In this document: one piece after another, positions 14,326-26,357 of the stretch | Numbering within the stretch: the first letter of the stretch is position 1 | Layout: each line of letters opens with the position of its first letter | Assembly (NCBI GenBank): GCA_002269645.1 | Contig: NIVC01000084.1 | Span: 310,001 to 374,000 of the forward strand | Source: Macrostomum lignano | Lineage: Eukaryota | Direction: 5' to 3' | Length of the DNA stretch: 64,000 bases | Made by a program: the position numbers and the translations under genes | Notes under the pieces: generated by a model | Told to the model about the DNA's origin: nothing | The model's input: only the letters and a program-made list of their open reading frames with translations | Database searches by the model: none

Positions 14326-17300
14326 ATGAGCAACGGCGGTTTCCAACCCTACAATTCGCCCATGGACCAGCTGGGCCTGCCCCCGCCAGATCACGCCTCA
14401 TCAACGGGCAGTCAGGATGGCGACCGAGGCACCCGGAGTAGCGCCGCTGATCCAGCTGGCTCCGCGTTCTTCTCCGGCGATTTCAAAAAGCACGACGACC
14501 TAAGAGCGATGTTAGAGTCTAGCAAAGATTCGCAGAAACTCGAAGCTATGCGCAGAATCATAGCTATGGTTGCTAAGGGCAAAGATTGCTCGGATTTGTT
14601 TCCGTCTGTTGTTAAAAATGTCGTATCGAAAAATTCGGAAGTGAAAAAATTGGTTTACGTTTACTTGACTCGCTACGCCGAGGAGAAGCAAGACTTGGCT
14701 TTGCTGTCTATTGCTACATTCCAGCGCGCTTTGAAAGATCCTAATCAGCTGATTAGGGCTAGCGCTCTTCGAGTCTTAACTAGTATTCGAGTGCCCGTGA
14801 TCCTGCCAATACAGACTCTCGCTCTGCAAGACGCCGTGTCCGATATGTCGGCCTACGTTCGTAAAACTGCCGCATTGGCCATACCGAAAATCTATAGCCT
14901 AGACCCAGAGACTAAGCCACAGTTAATGGGCGTTATTGAGAAACTGCTAGCCGATAAAACCACACTAGTTGTTGGCGTTGCTATACAAGCTTTTGAAGAG
15001 ATTTGTCCGAATCGAATCGATTTGATTCACAAGAATTATAGGAAGTTGTGCGAATTGCTAGCCGATGTGCAAGACTGGGGACAGGTTGTCATTATCAATA
15101 TGCTGACTAGGTGAGCCCCCTGCTGCTGTGCAAACCATCTCACTCTACCACTGTATCTACCATCTCACTCACTTTATCTCACTGTCTTCTACTCTCCCTC
15201 TACCCCATAGTGCCTACTCTTATCTCACTCTACTTCACTGTCTACTCTCTCTCTCTACCCAGTGTGTCTACTACTATCTCACTTTACCTCACTGTGTCTA
15301 CTATCCACTCTACCCCACTGTGTACCCTCTCTTTACCTCATTGTGTCTACTCTCACTCTACCCCACTGTGTCTACTCTCTCACTCTACCCCAGTGTCAAC
15401 CCTCATTCTACCCCAACGTGGATACTGTTGCTCTATCTACCTATCTATTCATCTGTCCCCACCCTGTCCCAATCCAGGTACGTCCGCACGCAGTTCCTAG
15501 ATCCAGCCCAGCAGAACCAAGAGCAGGAAAGGCAAAACCCGCTAGACCCGGATCACGAGCTGCTACTGCGGACAGTTCGACCGCTATTCCAAAGCCAGAA
15601 CGCGGCTGTAGTGATGGCTGTAGCCCAGCTGTATTACCACTGCGCCCCTCCCGGCTACATGAATATTGTAATCCGTCATCTAGTTCGCTTGTTACGCGCC
15701 TCGCCCGAAGTGCAAAGCTGCGTACTGACCAGTCTGTCGGCCCTGTCGGCGAGTTCGCCGCATCTGCTTTCCGGTCATTTGAAGTGTTTCTACATTCATA
15801 GCACCGACTCGAGTAGTGTGAAATTGGTGAAACTGGATATTCTTACTAATCTGGCTACCGATTCTAATTTTCCGGTGAGTTTTATTGTCTAATTAACAGT
15901 AAATAGACTTTTATCAACTTAGTATGTGGACTAGCGCACGGAGCCCCCTTTGGGGGGATCAAAGCTTACAAACATAATAATAGTCTGTAAAGAGTTCTAT
16001 TTGATGTGTTTTTTAAGCCTTCGGATCTCAGTAGCAATTCTCCTCTTATAAGCCCTGGCGACTTAACAGCCATTCCACTTCGCAGACCCAATGAGCCATT
16101 AAGAACTCTCGCTCGCACAGGGTGTACACTGTACATGTACACTCTAGACCTTGGTGACTGGTTCTTACATTGGCCCTGTAAGATCATGAATGGCTACTTA
16201 AATCCCAATATTCGTTCACATACTGTAGGTTCTGCTCCGCGAACTGCAAGCCTACGTATCGTCGCCAGACTCTGAACTGGCAAGCGCCGCTGTACGCGCC
16301 ATCGGTCGATGCGCCTCCCAGCTGCCCGACACCACCGACACCTGTCTGAATGGCCTTGTCAGCCTGCTGGCTAAAAAAGACGAATCTGTTGTTGCTGAGG
16401 CTATAGTAGTAATTAAGAAACTACTACAGGTGCAAACAAGCGATCACAGTCACATGATTGTTGACCTCGCCAGGCTAGTTGATGGCATCGCCATACCCAG
16501 GGCCAGGGCCTCTATTCTGTGGCTGATTGGCGAGTACTGCGATCGCATACCGAAGATTGCGCCTGACGTGCTGCGCAAGTTTGCCAAGTCATTCTTGGAG
16601 GAGGAGGACCAGGTAAGGGTTGTCACTCAGTTATCCATATCCTTAGTTGCTGAGCCAGCGTCCCAGATCCTCAGTTGCTGGGCCAGCCTCCCAGAGTGTC
16701 AATTGCTGGGCCAGCCTCCCAGAGTGTCATTTGCTGGGCCAGCCTCCCAGAGTGTCAGTTGCTGGGCCAGCCTCCCAGAGTGTCAGTTGCTGGGCCAGCC
16801 TCCCAGAGTGTCAGTTGCTGGGCCAGCCTCCCAGAGTGTCAGTTGCTGGGCCAGCCTCCCAGAGTGTCAATTGCTGGGCCAGCCTCCCAGAGTGTCAGTT
16901 GCTATGCCAGCCTCCCAGGTCAGTTGCTGGGAAAACCTTATCTGATCCTCAAGATTAGCATACCGCTTCATCGCCGCAGGTGAAGCTGCAGATCGTGAAC
17001 CTGGCCGCCAAGCTGTGCGTGTGCAATCCCAAGCAGGCCCGCCTGTTAGCCCAGTACGTGCTGAACCTGGCCAAATACGATCAGAACTACGACATCCGCG
17101 ATCGCAGCAGATTCCTACGCCCGCTAGTCCTCCCGGATCCGAGCGTCGCTGAACCGACACTGCTAGCCGGCAAGCGAGTGAAGAAGATCCTATTAGCGCC
17201 GAAGCCCGCTCCGGAGGTTCAGTCTCGATTCGCCGAAAATTCGCCATTCCAGCTGGGCAGCCTGTCGCACCTGCTTAATCTCCGACTGCCGGGCTACCAG

Positions 17301-19885
17301 GCTCTGCCCGACTGGCCTGCTGAGCAGCCGGACCCGAGCGTTCGGGCTGTGGCCGCGCCCGCTCCGGCGCCATCGTCTATGGCCGCTTATTCTCGCGGCG
17401 GCGTCGACAGGATTTCCGGCAGCTCAGATGAGTCGGAAGATGAAGACGAAGATAAGGATGATGAAGAGGATGAGGAGGAAGATGAAGATGAAGAGGAAGA
17501 AGAAGAAGAGGAAGATGATGATGAAGAAGAGGATTCCAGCGAGGAAGAGAATACTAAAAAGAAGCCGATAGTTCAGCAGAAAAAGCCCGTAAAGACGCAG
17601 GAATCTTCTGAAGAAGAAGAAGAAGACGACTCAGACGAAGATGAAGATTCAGATGAAGAAGACTCATCAGACTCTTCAGTTGCGGCGCCGCCTAAAACTA
17701 AGCAGCAACAAAATGCAAAATCAGCCGTGACTGTCAAGCCGAAAGAGCAGAAATCCAAGCAGAAGCAGCAACAGCCGGCGGAAGCCAGCCTGTTAGATTT
17801 CGGCCCGACTAATCCAACCGCTGCCCCAGCGGCTCCGTCGAAGTCTACCAGTCGGCCAGTTGATCCTTTCGGTCTGATGCCGGATGATCTGCTACTTCTG
17901 CCCACGCCTAGCAGGATGTACAGTCTGGTTAATAAGTACAGCGCTTCTGGCTTGCAGGTGCGTATATACGTATTGTTTCTTTTTATTTTGTCTTGAGAAA
18001 AAATGGCTAATAATTGGCGCCTAATTTGGTTTAAAATAAATGCTTAATTTGGCTTCTAAGAGGTGCTTAATTTGGCTTCTAAGAGGTGCTTCATTTGGCT
18101 TCTAAGAGGTGCTTCATTTGTCTTTTAATTAGCGCTTGATTTGGCTTCAAATTAATGCTTAATTTGGCTTCTAATTAATGCTTAATTTGGCTTCTAATTA
18201 ATGCTTAATTTGGCTTCTAATTAATGCTTAATTTGGCTTCTAAGAGGTGCTTAATTTGGCTTCTAAGAGGTGCTTCATTTGGCTTCTAAGAGGTGCTTCA
18301 TTTGTCTTTTAATTAGCGCTTGATTTGGCTTCAAATTAATGCTTAATTTGGCTTCTAATTAATGCTTAATTTGGCTTCTAATTAATGCTTAATTTGGCTT
18401 CTAATTAATGCTTAATTTGGCTTCTAATTAATGCTTAATTTGGCTTCTAATTAGCGCTTGATTTGGCTTCTAATTAATGCTTAATTTGGCTTCTAATTAA
18501 TGCTTAATTTGACTTCTAATTAATGCTTAATTTGGCTTCTAATTAGCGCTTAATTTGGCTCCTAATTAGCGCTTAATTTGGCTTCTAATTGATGATTTAT
18601 TTGGCTTATAATTCTCGCTTAATTTGGCTTCTAATTAGCGCTTAATTTGGCTTCTAATTGATGATTTATTTGGCTTCTAATTGTCGCCTAATAATTAAAT
18701 TTTATTGGCCCCTAGTTAACGTCTAATTGAAGCTCAAAATGGGTTCTTATTGACACTAAGCTAATTTATATAAATTGACTGAGCTTGTAAAAGCGAATTA
18801 CATATTATAACACTTATGCCCCATCTAATCCCCCAGGTGGACTACTCCTTCCCTCGCACCTGCCTAGCCAGCGGTCGAATCGCTCTTAGCTTAGTCTTCA
18901 CCAATCACAGCAGCGCCCCGATGCGTCACGTGACCCTGCAGCACGCCGCCGGACCGGCTCTGCAACCGCCGGAACCCATTGACACCCTGGAGCCTGGCGT
19001 TAATACCACCCGACAGGCTGAAGTGGCCTGGGGCGACTCAACCACAGCCTGTCAGCTGTTACTGCGCTGGGACAATGGCGCCCAGGAGATTCGGGCTAGC
19101 GTCCAGCCTCCGGTTGGGGAACTGCTGGCCCCGGTTACTATGTCTGCTCAGCAGTTTACTACCGAGTCTGGCAAGCTAAAAGGACTTAATGAAGAGAAAG
19201 GTAGATTAGTAGATTGATTTTTATAATCCTTAAATGGTCAAGTACATATTGTTCTTAACTAAAATACAAAAGTACACTAAGTCTTCAATTTATTTAGCTA
19301 TAAGTACATATGCTTCTTGTAATGCGCTACGAGAGTACAGGTTGTCCTAAATTCGGCTACAAAAGTACATACTAAACTTAATTATGGTGCAAAAGTACAT
19401 ACTAATCTTAATTATGCTACAAAAGTACATACATATATTGTCCTTTAAGGGCTGCAAAAAATTATTTTAATTAGTCTTCAAAAGTGCATATTGTTTTAAT
19501 CCTGCTAAAAATTACACGTTTTTGTATCATACAAAAGTACATGTGTCCCTGATTAGTCTACAAAAGTACATATAGAACTAAATTGAGCTGCAATAGTACA
19601 CCGTGTCCTTTTTTAGGCCGCATACCCGAAGCCGCCAGCCAGCTGAGCGACTCGGACCTGGCCGAAGCTGTCCGATCCAGCGCCAATTTGGTGGCGGTGT
19701 CTGGCGCCCCAACCGGACAGCTGTGGTTCGCCGGCCGGTCCTGTGCCAGTCGGCCAATTCCAGTCTACGTGGCGTTGGATCGGCAGGCCAATCTGCTGAG
19801 AGTCCACTGCGAACAGATGACTCTGGGCAGCGTGCTGCATCGCGACCTGTGCTCTGGCATCGCTGCCGCCGCGTCTAAGAAATAG
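14326..19885 (+). CDS. AP3B1: AP-3 adaptor complex subunit beta; join(14326..15110,15478..15874,16229..16612,16980..17957,18837..19200,19617..19885), 1058 aa
   Basis: Six exons join in frame with GT-AG introns (3177 nt). Adaptin-N motifs [68 protein letters not shown]; acidic Ser/Glu/Asp hinge; C-terminal ear. AP3B1 versus AP3B2 cannot be distinguished (likely co-orthologue). Confidence 0.95.
15135..15410 (+). repeat. C/T-rich degenerate minisatellite (CTCTCACTCTACCCCACTGTGT-like) in AP3B intron 1
   Basis: Repeated units visible between donor 15111 and acceptor 15477. Confidence 0.8.
16645..16930 (+). repeat. 28-bp minisatellite (GTTGCTGGGCCAGCCTCCCAGAGTGTCA) in AP3B intron 3
   Basis: Tandem periodicity; same family as 20670-21150 and the deiminase introns. 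Confidence 0.95.
18040..18690 (+). repeat. 23-bp minisatellite (GGCTTCTAATTAATGCTTAATTT) in AP3B intron 4
   Basis: Tandem periodicity seen directly. Confidence 0.95.
19260..19575 (+). repeat. Degenerate repeat (core AAAAGTACA) in AP3B intron 5
   Basis: Core recurs many times at roughly 30-60 bp spacing. Confidence 0.6.
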
Positions 19886-20669
19886 TCACTCACTGCTATA
19901 ACTACTACTTATTAGCACGAGTAGCTTGTAGCAACTCGGGCTGATTTATTTGCGTTTTCTGTCTGTCTGTCGGGGTTTTTTATTGTAAATTAGTTGATAC
20001 AAATAATTGATTGCGTAATTAATAACTGTAAGTTATTATTAATTTAGTAATTATAATCCCCTAGATAGATAAGCTTATCTAAAATTTAAAATACTCATTG
20101 TTCGTGTTTACGCTATTATTGAACTAATTGTGATTACTTTATTTTAGTACAGCCCTGCATTAATTGAAGTCTTAGTAATATTATAAGTGAAAATTTATAT
20201 TTTCCGTTGTGCCGTCTGGTGCTGTATTATTATTATTATATTTAATATTGATAATCAATTTCCCAATTTCTTATGGTTGAAGTTTTTCTTTTCTTGTTGA
20301 CATTTTTTGTGCAAGTGATTTTAATTGTCAGACCTGATACAATTGATCTAAATTAGTGTTGTTTACTGTTATGCTGTGCCTTCTCACACACGTAAATCTA
20401 CCACATATTGATTGATATATTGTTACAGTTGTGTCGTTTATTTCTTCCACTTATGATCAATACTATATTTTAAGCTAATGAGGAATCCCCAATATGATAC
20501 TCGTTACTCGCTGCAATGAAGTTTTGCTGTCATCATATTATAATACACTAAATTATTATAGAAAATTGATTCAACTCATTTCATGGCTTAAGCATTCCTC
20601 ACTTACTGTTCATAAATTTTACCTTCATAAAAAGTATAATAATTAGATTACTTTTTCTATTTCCTTCCT

Positions 20670-21150
20670 GCCAGCCTCCCAGATCATCAGTTGCTGGGCC
20701 AGCCTCCCAGATCCTCAGTTGCTGGGCCAGCCTCACAGATCCTCAGTTGCTGGGCCAGCCTCCAAGATCCCCAGTTGCTATGCCAGCCTCCCAGATCCTC
20801 AGTTGCTGGGCCAGCCTCCCAGATCCTCAGTTGCTGGGCCAGCCTCCCAGATCCCCAGTTGCTATGCCAGCCTCCCAGATCCTCAGTTGCTGGGCCAGCC
20901 TCCCAGATACTCAGTTGCTGGGCCAGCCTCCAAGATCCTCAGTTGCTGGGCCAGCCTCCAAGATCCTCAGTTGCTGGGCCAGCCTCCAAGATCCTCAGTT
21001 GCTGGGCCAGCCTTCCAGATCCCCAGTTGCTATGCCAGCCTCCCAGATCCTGAGTTGCTATGCCAGCCTCCCAGATCCTCAGTTGCTGTCAGTCTCCCAG
21101 ATCTTCAGTTGCTATTCCAGCCTCCCAGATCCTCAGTTGCTATGCCAGCC
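20670..21150 (+). repeat. 28-bp minisatellite (GTTGCTGGGCCAGCCTCCCAGATCCTCA) between the convergent AP3B and deiminase genes
   Basis: Tandem periodicity seen directly. Confidence 0.95.
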
Positions 21151-21844
21151 TCTAGACAGTAAGTGTTAACAAAATTTCGCAATTCCCGTTTTGCTGTCAT
21201 TTTGCTTGTAAATTCTATAAATTAAGCAGACTATCCACCAACGGTCATTAAAACTGATCTATTAGATTTTTCGTTGTGTACACAGGTTCGAACTATTTTT
21301 ACTTTTGATTTTCAATCTGCTTTGTTATAAATAATCTTGTTTTACGCCGCTAAATTTCGTGGTCGAGGCTTTCCTTTCTTCCATAAAATTTTCAGACTAA
21401 TTATCCATCAAGGCGAATTCCAATAAACTTTAATTATTGTCTTATTAGTCATTAATAGTACATTTTCTAAAAAAGCGGCATGAACAAGTTTTACCTGCGC
21501 TTTTTTTGCTTTGTTTTGACTTGAATCCTTTGTCTCCTGTGTGGCACCTCTCGTGTGTTGTCAGTTTGCGTTGTAATATTAATTGTGTCTTTTCTGCTTT
21601 GATTATTTGTTGTTAGAGAAAACAAAACAATTCCATCTCAAAGCTTAGTTATTTTGATTCTTCATGACCATATTTAGCTTCGTTTATGAATTCTTATGCG
21701 AAGCCTGATTGCTAACATATTATATTTGAATGCATAATTCATAATAAATCTTACGAAATCAAAGAAATATTATTGGAATGTTTTAATAAGTTATTTATTG
21801 TTTATTGTAAAATATCTTGTTTGTGGGTCCTAATAGTCGCTAAA

Positions 21845-22035
21845 ATCTTGACTGTGGCGCCTAGTTAGCGCTAAAATCTTGACTGTGGCGCCTAGTTAGC
21901 GCTAAAATCTTGACTGTGGCGCCTAGTTAGCGCTAAAATCTTGACTGTGGCGCCTAGTTAGCGCTAAAATCTTGACCGTGGCGCCTAATTAGCGCTAAAA
22001 TCTTGACCGTGGCGCTAAAATCTTGACCTTGGCGC
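21845..22035 (+). repeat. 31-bp tandem repeat (CCTAGTTAGCGCTAAAATCTTGACTGTGGCG), about 6 units, just 3' of the deiminase stop
   Basis: Direct periodicity. Confidence 0.9.
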
Positions 22036-22092
22036 CTAATTGGTCCTTCAACATTTATAGTACATGTATGTACACGCCATGGCAATATCTAT

Positions 22093-23895
22093 CTACAAAG
22101 ACTGCGCGAAAGCCCAAGTCAGGCATCGAACGCTGCCGCCCATCCGGCAGATCGCATTCGGTACATCAACTGGCACCACTGTTTTGCTTGTATTCGCTCG
22201 GATTGCCGCTAGCACTCGACTGTCCAGCTCCGCTGATTGGCCCAGCTTCCTGTTGGCTTCATCCGAGCCGAACACCGGCACGTATAGACTGCGCCTGGTG
22301 GCCAGCAGGTTGACGTGGAGGCCGCAGGCTGAGTCGAATCGACGCCAGGTCTGACGGATTCAACAGTTGGATTGGCAGTGATAAGGGGATTTGCTTTAAA
22401 TGAGCCCAGCAACTGAGGATCTGGGAGTCTGTCGCCCAGGAACTGAGGATATGGGAGTCGGTGGCCCAGCAACTGAGGAGGATCTGGGAGTCTGTCGCCC
22501 AGCAACTGAGGATCTGGGAGTCTGTCGCCCAGCAACTGAGGAGGATCTGGGAGTCTGTCGCCCAGCAACTGAGGAGGATCTGGGAGTCTGTCGCCCAGCA
22601 ACTGAGGATTGGGAGTCTGTCGCCCAGCAACTGAGGAGGATCTGGGAGTCTGTCGCCCAGCAACTGAGATATGGTAGATGCCGGATCAACCTGAGGATCT
22701 GATGGGATGTGAGGGAATCTCGTACACATCTTACCTGTCTAACGGGTGCCGAAGCCTCCAGCTTCACAAGCCGCACGCCGCTGCCCAGCTGATCAGCGAG
22801 CTCCTGCATCAGCAGGCGACTCTCAGCATCGTCTCTATCGCTGCCCGCGTCAGTTTGCAGTTGCACAGCCAACCGATTCTCGTCAATGAAAGCCACCAGA
22901 CCGTCGGCGTGGCCTGTCGTGTCATTCTCTGGCTCGGGGATCGCTGCCAGACGCCGACAATCCAGCTGACGACGCAAAACAGCCATCAGGCGATCCTCAG
23001 TCAGCTGACGTCGATTGTCGCGAACTACTCGACGAGTTACCACGGCTAAGGAGTCGGCAGGCGCTGCAGCTGGCTGATTGTCTACCACGTTTCCGCCGTC
23101 GAGTCGGATAGATGCAGCTGTGGAGTCTCCGACTGCAGCTGAGTGCAAGTCGCCGAAAAGGTGACTGTTCAGGCTGAGAAATCTGCGGAACTGCTGCTGA
23201 ACGCTGGATGCTTCCGACTTGTTTAAGTAGCTGGGCTGGTACCTGCGGATGGCGGTTTTTATAAATGCTTGTCTGTATGGGTATCTATTTGTGTTAAGGG
23301 CAGCGGCAATGGCCCGCAGCAGCTGAGGATCTATGAGGCTGACCCAGCAACTGACACTCTGGGAGGCTGGCCCAGCAACTGAGGATCTGGGAGGCTGGCC
23401 CATAAACAGAGGATCTGGGAAGCTGGCACAGAAACTGAGGATCTGGGAGGCTGGCACAGCAACTGAGGATCTCAAAGGCTGGCACAGCAACTGAGGATAT
23501 GAGAGGCTGGCTCAGCAACTGAGGATCTGAGAGGCTGGCAGGCTTGGCGAGATTTTGACAATTAGAGGTTTCTAACGATAAACGCACTTAAACCAAGCGT
23601 GTCGCACCAAGCCAATGGGCGCAAAATCTCTAACCCAGATGTCATCGATTAAGTACTCGGCCACGCATTTGGCCGGCAACTCAGACCGGAACTTGTCCGC
23701 CACGCTGGGGTCAGCCAGTACAAGGAAATTATCTCCGCCATCGTACAGAATCTTCTTGCCCAAATCGATTTGAAAGTTAAAAATCTCGTTGAAGTATTTT
23801 CCATAGTAGGGATCTCTGGGAGTTGTGGCGGTCATTACTACAACAGATTTACCGCTGGATAAATCCCAGTCAGACAGGCTGGTGTGTTGCTGCAT
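22093..23895 (-). CDS. aguA: Agmatine deiminase / Porphyromonas-type peptidyl-arginine deiminase family enzyme; complement(join(22093..22350,22735..23242,23588..23895)), 357 aa
   Basis: Three exons join in frame with GT-AG introns (1074 nt). Motifs [19 protein letters not shown] (restored by splicing), [36 protein letters not shown] match the guanidino-group-modifying AguA/PAD_porph fold with His and Cys catalytic candidates. Substrate not determinable. Confidence 0.88.
22403..22667 (-). repeat. 30/33-bp variant of the 28-bp minisatellite in deiminase intron 2
   Basis: Plus strand units cccagcaactgag(gag)gatctgggagtctgtcg. Confidence 0.9.
23320..23545 (-). repeat. 28-bp minisatellite in deiminase intron 1
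   Basis: Plus strand ctgggaggctggcccagcaactgaggat, the reverse complement of the 20670 array unit. Confidence 0.9.
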
Positions 23896-24234
23896 CTTGG
23901 TCGCTGTGAATTTAAACGAAAAAATTGCTAGTTTTAATACTTGCAGTAGTGATAAGTGCTGCAATAAAATCGATGTTACTCTATAGTTACTCTAAAAATG
24001 TAAAAAATGTAAACATGCTCGATGTTTCGCTTTTTACTAGTAATAATGAGCTTTTCTTCTTACAAATGAGTAAAATTAAGACTATTTTACAATTTGTTTC
24101 GTCTTCGACGCTTCAAAAATCGACTCTGGCTTTCTACAATCCGTTTAATTAGCATATTCATCTTCATCTAGATTTCCTTCATCTTGATTGCAGGGAAACT
24201 GGAAAAATCCAGTGCGTGTGCAAGAGGTGAGACG

Positions 24235-24550
24235 GCGCCTCAACTCCCAAAGTCCCAGCAAGCTTAGGTCGATAAACAGTTTGGCTTTTCTCTTGCCCGC
24301 TTGTGTCTGACTTTGACCTCTCTCCTTACTGCTCTCTCATTGGCTGAATTAGATTATTTGGGCCTGGCCTAAGCTGAGTTTCGTCCGTCTGACTTTGACC
24401 TTTCTCTTTACTGCTCTCTCATTGGCTGAGCCGGATTGGACCTGCCGCCTAGGCTGAGTTACGTCCTCTGACTTTCACACCTCTCCTTACTGCTCTCTCA
24501 TTGGTTGAGCCGGATTGGACCTTCCGCCTAGGCTAAGTTTCGTCGGTCTT
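24235..24550 (-). repeat. Second copy of the 80-bp CCAAT-repeat module (about 3 units plus tail)
   Basis: Reverse complement aligns with 11985-12680, including the tail aagccaaactgtttatcg..gaggcgcc. Confidence 0.85.
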
Positions 24551-25548
24551 GCGTTCACTGGTGTACATCGAGTTAAATGCGTGCTGTTCATTATTAACCC
24601 CATATGCTGCGGAGGCTGAAAGCCCCTGAGGAAGGAGAGGAAGTTTTAGACTGCGTCATTAAATTTAAACTGACCAACTACTGAAAATAAGACTATGGTC
24701 TAGTTTTTCACAACCTCAATTAAGAGTGGCATATATCTAGTTATACTAAAATCTCTTGATAAAACCCACTTTAGTCTATAATTGTAATTTATAATTTAGT
24801 ATAATTTATTATAATTTAGACAAAACGATGTTACTAATAAAAAATTAAATGTGTAGCTCTCAAATATTAAAAACTTACAATCCTTTTTTTATTTAGGCAA
24901 AAAAATATTTTTAGTCAATATATTCATAATAAACAAGAAAACATATTGCAAGACTGAGTCAAGCTACATGTAAAGTTACTTCGTACATAATACAATAAAA
25001 AGCACTTCTTTTTAAAGTTAGTCAAATCAGCGCCGAAAATTAATCAGAATAAATCAGTTTAAATTGAAACAATTGTCTAAAAAATGCCAACGCATGATTG
25101 TTCCGGCTTGTCCATCAAATTAACGGCAAACTCCAGCACAATGAGCCTCTTTTATCCGGCCTTAGGGTCCATTGAAACTTCACAATAATAGCAGCAATCC
25201 GGCCCGTTAAAGGTTTGCGTCTTTTCTCAGCTCTTCTTCAAGGACCACTGTAGAATAACAGAACGTAAAACTCAAAGATCGTGTAGTGTTTTCCGAGGCC
25301 GATTTCCTGCAAAAATGTGATCTTTACTGCCCCTGATCAAATTAATGCAGTCATTGATTATGTGATTTAATAAAAACGATTTTTTCTTATCTTCTGCAGT
25401 TCATTTTTTTCCACGAAATCGGCCTCCAAAAAAGTTGCACAATCTTTGAGTTTTACATTGTATTTTCTACAGTGGTCCTTGCTCCTCTCTCTCTCTCTCT
25501 CTTTCAGACAATTGAGTTGACAAAAAGCTTGAACAGGCAATTGGACAA

Positions 25549-26110
25549 TCAACTCTGCTTGAGGTGCTCCAACAAATCAATGGGTTTCTTTAACAGGTCT
25601 CGCTTATGCTGCCGTAGCAGCCATCTGTACGCCCAGCCAATGCCGAAACAGCAGGAAAATGACAGGCAGTAGGCCAGGCTGTACAACAGCCACGCTGGCA
25701 GCAGCGAGTGCAGACGGCCTTCCAGCGCCGCCAAATCCAGCAGAGCCAACAGCAGCGCCAACCCGGCAGCCAGCAGAACTGACCGCCTCATCAGCCGGCT
25801 GGTTGCTGACGCTTCGCTGCGAATCTCTTCCACTGAACGACGCGCCCGATCGAGCAGCAGCTCGTCGCCGGGATCGAGCCGGGCCGCTTCGCGAAAAGCT
25901 GCCAGAGCCTCGGCTGGCTGACCGCCGGCTAGCAGGGCCTCGCCACGGAGAGCGTGGCCGCGGGGCCAGCGGGGCCGCAGCAGACAGACCCGATCGGCGT
26001 CTTCCAGACTGTGGTACAGCTGTTCCAGCTGGCGGAGGCACTCGCTGCGGCCTGCGGCACCATTGGAGGTGGATAGACTCAGAGAAACTAAAACAGACAG
26101 ACAGACAGAC

Positions 26111-26154
<44 letters not shown>

Positions 26155-26155
26155 C

Positions 26156-26186
<31 letters not shown>

Positions 26187-26325
26187 CTAAGACACTAAGA
26201 CACTAAGACACTAAGACACTAAGGCACTAAGACAGACAGACAGACACAGACAGACAGACACTAAGACAGACAGGCAGACAGACAGACAGACAGACACAGA
26301 CAGACAGACACTAAGACAGACAGGC

Positions 26326-26357
<32 letters not shown>

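Noticed and set aside
17400-17670. Long Glu/Asp/Ser low-complexity tract
   Set aside because: Expected acidic hinge of AP-3 beta subunits; not novel.
20691-21169. Three overlapping [16 protein letters not shown]-type ORFs (also 16647-16983 and 22209-22729)
   Set aside because: Stop-free 28-bp repeat read in rotating frames; no coding evidence.
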